NCBI GenBank assembly: GCA_020353515.1
Contig: CP070695.1
Location: 2,130,571 to 2,194,570, forward strand
Length of the DNA: 64,000 bases
Direction: 5' to 3'
Source: Candidatus Heimdallarchaeota archaeon
GTDB taxonomy: Archaea > Asgardarchaeota > Heimdallarchaeia > Hodarchaeales > Hodarchaeaceae
A program made the position numbers and the translations under genes. A model generated the notes under the pieces. The model was not told the origin of the DNA. It saw only the letters and a list, made by a program, of their open reading frames with translations, and did not search any database. Shown here in pieces: positions 57,776 to 64,000 of the stretch (positions are counted from its first letter, which is position 1; the number at the start of each line of letters is the position of its first letter).

Positions 57776-58639
57776 TTATGTAACATCTACTAATGAATCA
57801 ATATGTGTAATTGAACCGTGCAAATTTTCCACTCCAGCGATAGTAAGGGTAATTGCATTTTGAGGACAAGTCATAACACATCGTCCACACCCTCTACAAG
57901 AATCACCAATTACTGCTCGTTCATCTACAACTTTTATTGCATGAACAAAACAAACATCAACACATGTTCTGCATCCTATGCATTCCTCACCAACTGAAAC
58001 AGTTACACCTGGCATTTTTGAAACCTTTCCTGCTATCTTCTTTGATACATGAGGTAGAATTCGCCACAAACAACAACAAGGACAACAATTACATATAGTG
58101 AGAAGTTTATTTCCAGGGCCAATTTTCAGCCAAAAAGTATCAAGTTTATTTCTACCAACTAGATGTACTAATCCCGCTTCTCGACACTTCTGTACATGGA
58201 GTAATGCCTCTTCTTTTGTCACCCTCTTCCCTAAATTTGGATCTATTTGGATTGCTGCTTCACCAAGAAATAAGCAACCGAGATCTATTGGATATTCCTT
58301 GCAGGAAGAAGCTGAACGACATATACACCAATCCATAATCCAGTGATAATTTGCTTCTTTAATGAAATGTTCAATTACCATTGATGGAATAATTGTTTCA
58401 CTGTGATGTATTTCTTGATCTATTTTGATAATGCTTGCTTCATCCTTGGGTATGTATATGATCTCATCTTCATGGAATAGCATATAATCCATTATTCTAC
58501 CAAGAAGAGGGATTCTTGTAATCCTTGCGAAAATGGATCTCAGGGGGAATCCTTTTTTCAGTAACCAGACGAATAACCTAGATCTAGGCATATGATTAAT
58601 CAGTCCTTGAAAATCAATTAACTTAAGTATCTCTTCCAA
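57776..58639 (-). CDS. Iron-sulfur protein with C-terminal 2x[4Fe-4S] ferredoxin domain
   Basis: CICR...C...GCL, ICNCCPCCC, CIGCRTCVDVC, CRGCGRCVMTCP. Confidence 0.88.
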   Translation of the reverse strand: MEEILKLIDFQGLINHMPRSRLFVWLLKKGFPLRSIFARITRIPLLGRIMDYMLFHEDEIIYIPKDEASIIKIDQEIHHSETIIPSMVIEHFIKEANYHWIMDWCICRSASSCKEYPIDLGCLFLGEAAIQIDPNLGKRVTKEEALLHVQKCREAGLVHLVGRNKLDTFWLKIGPGNKLLTICNCCPCCCLWRILPHVSKKIAGKVSKMPGVTVSVGEECIGCRTCVDVCFVHAIKVVDERAVIGDSCRGCGRCVMTCPQNAITLTIAGVENLHGSITHIDSLVDVT

Positions 58640-59126
58640 AGCTCCAATTTACAATCTTTTCCTTATCATATAGGAATTTAGCTTCCACAACATCACATGT
58701 ATTGAGTAATTTAGGAGTAAATATCTTATCCCCGTCCCACATCTTTTCATAAGGAATTTTGTTGATTGGAACCCACGATAGATTTCCCTCAGGGTTCTCG
58801 AATTCGATTTTATTAGCTACTTGGACATAATAAAGGAATACAAGCCAATTAAATGCGGGTAAATCTTCATTAATCTTATCTCGATTGATTTCATCAAAGT
58901 AAATATATCCCCTAAACTCAATCTCTTCAGGTTTTAAACTATATCCTGTTTCCTCTTCTAGTTCCCTTATTATACACTCAATGGGAGTCTCTCCAGGTTC
59001 AAGACGCCCCCCAATGCCTATATACTTCCCCTCATGGAAATCCTTATCTTTTTTATTCCGGAATAGCAGGAGAACTTCATCGTTGCAAACAATATAGGCT
59101 AATGTAGCTAATTTGTGTTTAACCAT
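58623..59126 (-). CDS. Nudix hydrolase, 8-oxo-dGTP diphosphatase (MutT/MutX/MTH1-like)
   Basis: Nudix box GGRLEPGETPIECIIRELEEETG; EGNLSW; MWDGD. Confidence 0.9.
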   Translation of the reverse strand: MVKHKLATLAYIVCNDEVLLLFRNKKDKDFHEGKYIGIGGRLEPGETPIECIIRELEEETGYSLKPEEIEFRGYIYFDEINRDKINEDLPAFNWLVFLYYVQVANKIEFENPEGNLSWVPINKIPYEKMWDGDKIFTPKLLNTCDVVEAKFLYDKEKIVNWSFGRDT

Positions 59127-59303
59127 CTTATATTCCCGAGGTTTATCCAGTACTCAGCAGTTTATACCAGAATATGACAAGTTCAGTATCAATATAGTAG
59201 GTTTCTATCTTTTTCTCTCACAAAATGATTTTTTATTTTTGATTTATTTCGACCTATAACAAGAAATCTCACAATTAATAAGACATCAGACACTGGTGAC
59301 GAA

Positions 59304-59816
59304 ATGTCAAAATCTTTTCAACCCCAAGATAATGTTGGAATCAAAATTCGAAAAGGTACAGTAGAAGATGCGGATAAACTTACTGAGATTGAAAGATTAT
59401 GCTTTCCTAGTGAAGTGCGTTATGGCCCTTCTGTTTTGGCTGTTCTTCTTTCGATGACACCTATCTACACTGTTTTAACAGTTCAAACTGTTGAAAAAGA
59501 AGAAATTATTGCCTTTGCTATTGGGGAACAAGATGAGACTGATGAGATGTTAGGAAGAATAATTACAATTCAGGTAGATCCATCATTTTGGAGGAAAGGT
59601 GTCGGAGAAAAATTATTATTAGAACTTGAAGCTACTCTTCATAAAGAACATGGGATCGAAAGATTTGAACTGCAAGTTCATTATAAGAATGAAAAAGCAA
59701 TAAAATTTTACCAAAATAATGGCTATCATACTATCAGATTAATACATAATTATTATGAACGAAAAGAGCATGCATACTTGATGGAAAAGAGATTTCTAAT
59801 TGATAAGCTCTTTTAG
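59304..59816 (+). CDS. RimI-like GNAT acetyltransferase
   Basis: IERLCF, VDPSFWRKGVG, NEKAIKFY, YY...AYLM. Confidence 0.88.
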   Translation: MSKSFQPQDNVGIKIRKGTVEDADKLTEIERLCFPSEVRYGPSVLAVLLSMTPIYTVLTVQTVEKEEIIAFAIGEQDETDEMLGRIITIQVDPSFWRKGVGEKLLLELEATLHKEHGIERFELQVHYKNEKAIKFYQNNGYHTIRLIHNYYERKEHAYLMEKRFLIDKLF

Positions 59817-60563
59817 AGTAGATAGAATTTTTGGCATAATGATTCCAGCCATTCCACGAATTGCAACATTGGCATAAATATCCATTGGAGTTATTTCTCT
59901 ATTCACGATTAATATTCGCTTTCCAGTCTGAACAGCAAGTGATGGAAGTGCAGCAGCGGGATAGACTGTCAAACTACTACCTATAATAATTAGTAGATCA
60001 GCAGCAATCACTTCTTCCCGTGCTTGTTCCATAACATCATAAGGCAACTGTTCCCCAAACAAAATTGTATTAGTTTTGATTAATCCTTCACACTGGGGAC
60101 ATCGGGGAGGGATTTGACCTTGGTCTAAAAAAGCTTCCACCTCGGTAAAATGGAATCTCTTATCACAGCTCAAACAACGAGAAGTTTGAGTAGTCCCATG
60201 GATTTCAAGTACTTTAGTGTTTCCTGCTCTGGAATGAAGGAAATCAACATTTTGTGTTATTATTACCTTCAGTTTCCCGTACTCCAGTTCAAGAGTGGCA
60301 AGAGCTAGGTGAGCTGGATTCGGTTGAGCAGTTATTACCATGTCTCTCAATTCTTTATGCATTGTCCAATATTTTTCCGGATGAATCAAAAAATTTGAGT
60401 AAGTAGCATACTCATTTGGATTATACTTTTCCCAAAGTCCACCTGGGCTACGAAAGTCGGGAATTCCTGATTCGACGCTAATCCCAGCACCAGTAAATGC
60501 TACTATGTAATTTGATTTCTTGATCAGTTCTGCAGCTTGCTTTATCTTATCTTCTTGATTCAA
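59796..60563 (-). CDS. cobB: NAD-dependent protein deacylase (sirtuin, Sir2/CobB family)
   Basis: TGAGISVESGIPDFRSPGGLW, ITQNVD, EIHG, Zn-binding Cys pairs, GSSLTVYPAA. Confidence 0.93.
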   Translation of the reverse strand: MNQEDKIKQAAELIKKSNYIVAFTGAGISVESGIPDFRSPGGLWEKYNPNEYATYSNFLIHPEKYWTMHKELRDMVITAQPNPAHLALATLELEYGKLKVIITQNVDFLHSRAGNTKVLEIHGTTQTSRCLSCDKRFHFTEVEAFLDQGQIPPRCPQCEGLIKTNTILFGEQLPYDVMEQAREEVIAADLLIIIGSSLTVYPAAALPSLAVQTGKRILIVNREITPMDIYANVAIRGMAGIIMPKILSTLKELIN

Positions 60564-60572
60564 ACCAAGACC

Positions 60573-61727
60573 TCATGGTATATATATATAAATAGCTAAG
60601 TCGACTCGCTCATTTACTTTCCCATTTATAGTAACATAATCCACTCGCGGGAGTTCATCACAATTTAAAGTAATTGTTTCCTTTCCAATGTTCCTCTGTT
60701 TGAACCTTTGCTTTTCATATATAACCAACGTAATTTCGGCCTCTTTACATTGATCTAATGAAACACTATTGCAAAAGATTATAACTGGAGCTTGAGGAAT
60801 GTATGGATCCTCCTCTGTTGGAATTTGAATCCACCCTTTTTGGGGATATTTTTGGGTTATTCGTCCCCTATAATAGATTCTCAGACCTAATAGTGAATCT
60901 TTGATATTAGAAATGGTTAATAATCTGATTTTAAAGACTGCAACATTAGGAATCAGTAGATGACGAAGAGTTCCAAAAGTCACTTTATGTTTATGGATGC
61001 GTATATGAGTTTGTCCTACAGGGATATTAATAGCATCAGAGAGAGGTACATACTGAATACCGTCTCGACTTTTGGACCATAAACCTCCTCCAAGATTAAC
61101 TTGAGTAAGATGATATAATTCCTTCTCTGTTATAGTTGAATTAATATCTTCTAAATAGTCAAGTGCTCTGCGAATTTGTGACCTATCTAATTGAATCCGA
61201 GAATCTTTGAGATATCTTAAATATTGAGCACTCTCGTGAGGTACACCACACATTGCCAGAATACGGATATGACTATCAGCTCCAGCGGTAAATTTGGTGA
61301 AATATCGTGCTATTATTCCCCCTGTAGAATGGGTTATCAAGGAGATCCGATGAGCATTGGTAATCTGTTTTATTTCATTAATTGTTTGGGCTAAACGCTC
61401 ACAAACTACATCCAGTTCAGCTTGTTCATTATCAATAGCAAATAATTTTCGAAAACCAAAATACCATAATTCTCGTGCAAACCAATTAAAGATTGTATGA
61501 GAAGATCCATACCCATGAATCATGAGAATGGGCTCATTGAATCTTGCTTCCCCTGTAGGAATAAATTCTCCTGTTTCGTCATCCGAGAGATAAGAAAACC
61601 GAAATAAATTGAGGTGTTTGCAATGATCCATGAGGATCCAGAAATGATCAAGCTCTTTCAATCGTTCTGTTTCAGGAGTTATATCCTTAAATCGGGGAGG
61701 AGGAAATTTTTGAACCATAACTGCCAC
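60573..61727 (-). CDS. Alpha/beta-hydrolase (lipase-like) with C-terminal C2-like beta-sandwich
   Basis: PILMIHGY oxyanion region; LITHSTGG nucleophile elbow; GVPH; C-terminal ITLVIYEKQRFKQRNIGKETITL. Confidence 0.72.
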   Translation of the reverse strand: MAVMVQKFPPPRFKDITPETERLKELDHFWILMDHCKHLNLFRFSYLSDDETGEFIPTGEARFNEPILMIHGYGSSHTIFNWFARELWYFGFRKLFAIDNEQAELDVVCERLAQTINEIKQITNAHRISLITHSTGGIIARYFTKFTAGADSHIRILAMCGVPHESAQYLRYLKDSRIQLDRSQIRRALDYLEDINSTITEKELYHLTQVNLGGGLWSKSRDGIQYVPLSDAINIPVGQTHIRIHKHKVTFGTLRHLLIPNVAVFKIRLLTISNIKDSLLGLRIYYRGRITQKYPQKGWIQIPTEEDPYIPQAPVIIFCNSVSLDQCKEAEITLVIYEKQRFKQRNIGKETITLNCDELPRVDYVTINGKVNERVDLAIYIYIP

Positions 61728-61898
61728 ATTTTAATTCATTTAAACAGAAGCGGCGAATTCATCAAATGATTGAGAGAGAGGGAAGTCTGGATTTAAATAT
61801 TATGTCTAGCGAGTTATTTCATACCCTTGAGAAAATGCTTATAATAGATCGAGGATTGTGAATGAGTATATTATTTTTGATAAGAGGAAGAAATAATT

Positions 61899-62432
61899 AT
61901 GGCATTCTGTCCATTTTGTGGAGCTGAAGTCGAACCAGATAGTTTATATTGTTTGAATTGCGGAAAAAAAATTCCAGAAAAACAACCTCCGAAAGGAGTA
62001 GCAGCTTGGGAAACTACTCCAACACAACCGACCTATACTCCTCGCCCTGCTCAACCAGTGACGTATAAACCAATTTATCAACCGAAACCCTATCATCCTA
62101 GCATGAAAGCTCCTTGTGGTGAGAGAATCATTGCCTACTTTGTTGATTCTATCGTTGCAAGTGTTATTACTTCATTTTCTGGTCTTGGATGTGTCTACAC
62201 CGCTGTCAAAGATGGCATAAGGGAAGGCCAAGGATTAGGAAAAGGCTTAATGAATTTAAGGGTTGTTGATTTTCAGACCGGTATGCCGGCGACACTCGGC
62301 CAATCTTTCATACGTAATTGTTGCCCTGGCTGCCTTGATGGTTGCTGTTGTTTCTTAGTCGCTGCGATCGATCAAGATGGACGACGTATTGGCGATCAAG
62401 CCGCGGGAACAGTTGTTATTCTTGATAAGTGA
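61899..62432 (+). CDS. Zinc-ribbon + RDD family membrane protein
   Basis: CPFCG...CLNCG; Pro-rich linker; RIIAYFVD, GQGLGK, LRVV, RN, RRIGD...GTVVI. Confidence 0.88.
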   Translation: MAFCPFCGAEVEPDSLYCLNCGKKIPEKQPPKGVAAWETTPTQPTYTPRPAQPVTYKPIYQPKPYHPSMKAPCGERIIAYFVDSIVASVITSFSGLGCVYTAVKDGIREGQGLGKGLMNLRVVDFQTGMPATLGQSFIRNCCPGCLDGCCCFLVAAIDQDGRRIGDQAAGTVVILDK

Positions 62433-62723
62433 TTCTATATCTAGTCACTTTTCAAAATTCAGGAAGATACCTATCGTATTCAATTTATGTGCCCTATGGG
62501 ATTTTTTACACTCTAGTATTTACTTTTCTAGAAGAATCATTATAGAATGGTTCTTTCTTAGGAGAAGAGATTGAATTTTACGAAACGGATCTCATTCATC
62601 ATTTCTAATAAAGCTGAAGCTAATAGAATCTAATGTAAATACATTACAACTATTTTTTAGAGTAATCAATCACAATACTAATAATGATTTAAAATTCTGG
62701 GGAGAAAGTAAGGTGAAATTATT

Positions 62724-63758
62724 ATGACAATTGAAACTAACATCACAAAAATGCTAGGAATAAAACACCCCATCATAGCAGCACCAATGGGACCGTTTTA
62801 TACCACAGATTTGACGATTGCTGTATCTGAAGCAGGGGGTTTAGGTGTACTTTCACATGTTGGGATATCAAATGTTGATCCTGTTGAGGAAATGAAGAAA
62901 AATATGCAGACGGTCGTTGAACATACCGATAAGCCCTTTGGATTCAATATACGGACATCTCGGATGGAGCCAAACGCAGAAATGCTCTGTTGGGAAATTC
63001 CAAAATTTATTATGGAGAATCAAAAAATTAGAGATCAATGTGTTTACGCTTTAACTAGTGCTGGATCTGCCAAAATTCTCCCAAATGCTCCACCATATCA
63101 AAAGCTGAAAGAAAATTCCGAAATCAAACATTTCCATGTCGCTCCAGCCTTATGGTTAGCGGAAAAATGTGTTTCTGCTGGAGTTGACGGATTAACAGTC
63201 ACTGGTGGAGAAGGAGGTGGCCACCAGTCATATGAAGGTGTTAGTACCCTTGTACTTCTTCAACAAGTGCAACAAAAATTCCCTGAGACTCCTGTAATTG
63301 CCTGTGGAGGATTTGCAACAGGAGAAGGACTAGCTGCTGCATTATCACTCGGAGCTGGAGCTATTGCTATGGGATCGAGATTCATTGCCTCAAAAGAGAG
63401 CGAATTTCACGACACTTACAAGAATGTTGTTCCACCTGCGAAAGCCCAAGATACAATAATGGCAACAGGAGTTTTTGGGCCTATCAGGCTTTGGGAAAAC
63501 GAGTATGCATTAGCACATAAACCAGTTGGAAGCAAAGAAGAGAAAATGGCTCAAGAATCTGCTTTCGATGTTGATGAAATAGCTAAGACCATTAGAGCTT
63601 ACGAATTAGCTTATGAAGGTAATATCAACGACGGAGCTGTTCTCCTAGGACAGAGTATAGGTCTAGTTGATAGGATTGAAAGTGTATCTGATATTATGGA
63701 AGGAATAATGAAGGATGCTGAGGCTGCTGTAAGGAATGCAGCTAGTTTAATTAAATAA
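62724..63758 (+). CDS. Nitronate monooxygenase / FabK-like FMN-dependent oxidoreductase
   Basis: LGIKHPIIAAPMG, AVSEAGGLG, GGEGGGH, PVIACGG, MGSRF, GQSIGLV. Confidence 0.9.
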   Translation: MTIETNITKMLGIKHPIIAAPMGPFYTTDLTIAVSEAGGLGVLSHVGISNVDPVEEMKKNMQTVVEHTDKPFGFNIRTSRMEPNAEMLCWEIPKFIMENQKIRDQCVYALTSAGSAKILPNAPPYQKLKENSEIKHFHVAPALWLAEKCVSAGVDGLTVTGGEGGGHQSYEGVSTLVLLQQVQQKFPETPVIACGGFATGEGLAAALSLGAGAIAMGSRFIASKESEFHDTYKNVVPPAKAQDTIMATGVFGPIRLWENEYALAHKPVGSKEEKMAQESAFDVDEIAKTIRAYELAYEGNINDGAVLLGQSIGLVDRIESVSDIMEGIMKDAEAAVRNAASLIK

Positions 63759-63780
63759 TCCCTTCCTTCTTTCTTTTTAT
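63759..63780 (+). terminator. T-rich terminator-like tract
   Basis: TCCTTCCTTCTTTCTTTTTAT immediately after the stop. Confidence 0.4.
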
Positions 63781-63824
63781 ACTTGTTGAAAATTTAAGAA
63801 TAATTGTTTGGATCTTGATATTCG

Positions 63825-64000
63825 ATGAGAATATCCTCACAAGAAGAGCTCATCGCTAAAAAGGAAAATAAGCTGAGAGTCTGGTTTACCCAAGGTCTTT
63901 CACAAATTGATAGCATAATTGATGGATTTGATATTGGATGGGGAGGTACAGCTCGTTGGTGTACCTCACATTTAGCTAGGTACTTAGATCCTCAAAAGAA
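63825..64000 (+). CDS. Partial hypothetical ORF running off the window edge
   Basis: ATG 63825: MRISSQEELIAKKENKLRVWFTQGLSQIDSIIDGFDIGWGG... open to the end of the window. Confidence 0.35.
   Translation, partial: MRISSQEELIAKKENKLRVWFTQGLSQIDSIIDGFDIGWGGTARWCTSHLARYLDPQK

Noticed and set aside
1-64000. CRISPR arrays, tRNA/rRNA genes, IS elements, integrases or proviral genes
   Set aside because: No regularly spaced repeats, GC-rich structured RNA segments, or transposase/integrase/capsid motifs were seen. Intergenic gaps are short and AT-rich. tRNAscan-SE or Infernal would be needed to exclude small RNAs.

Overview
AT-rich, gene-dense archaeal chromosome segment. It is very likely from an Asgard archaeon (Heimdallarchaeia/Hodarchaeales-like), inferred from archaeal aIF-1A and HisS alongside several eukaryotic-signature proteins: two Rab-like GTPases, a longin+roadblock-like fusion coupled to one of them, a DENN-like protein and a 1273-aa alpha-solenoid. 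About 48 coding regions are supported; I found no rRNA, tRNA, CRISPR array or transposase. Most notable: (1) a SAM-methyltransferase / HgcA-like corrinoid membrane protein / ferredoxin operon with a non-canonical cap helix, in which a single in-frame TAA separates the corrinoid and ferredoxin genes; (2) a cytoplasmic HEAT + mu-homology-like + beta-sandwich protein resembling a single-chain coat adaptor; (3) a circularly permuted cofactor-independent phosphoglycerate mutase; (4) a tightly coupled zinc-ribbon / PrsW protease / DUF4129 / DUF4350 / MoxR / DUF58 membrane operon with a duplicated first gene; (5) an alpha/beta-hydrolase fused to a C2-like domain; (6) small ORFs below the track's size cut-off (a 42-aa lipoprotein and a 57-aa zinc-ribbon protein). 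All family calls come from visual motif recognition and need HMM or structure confirmation.
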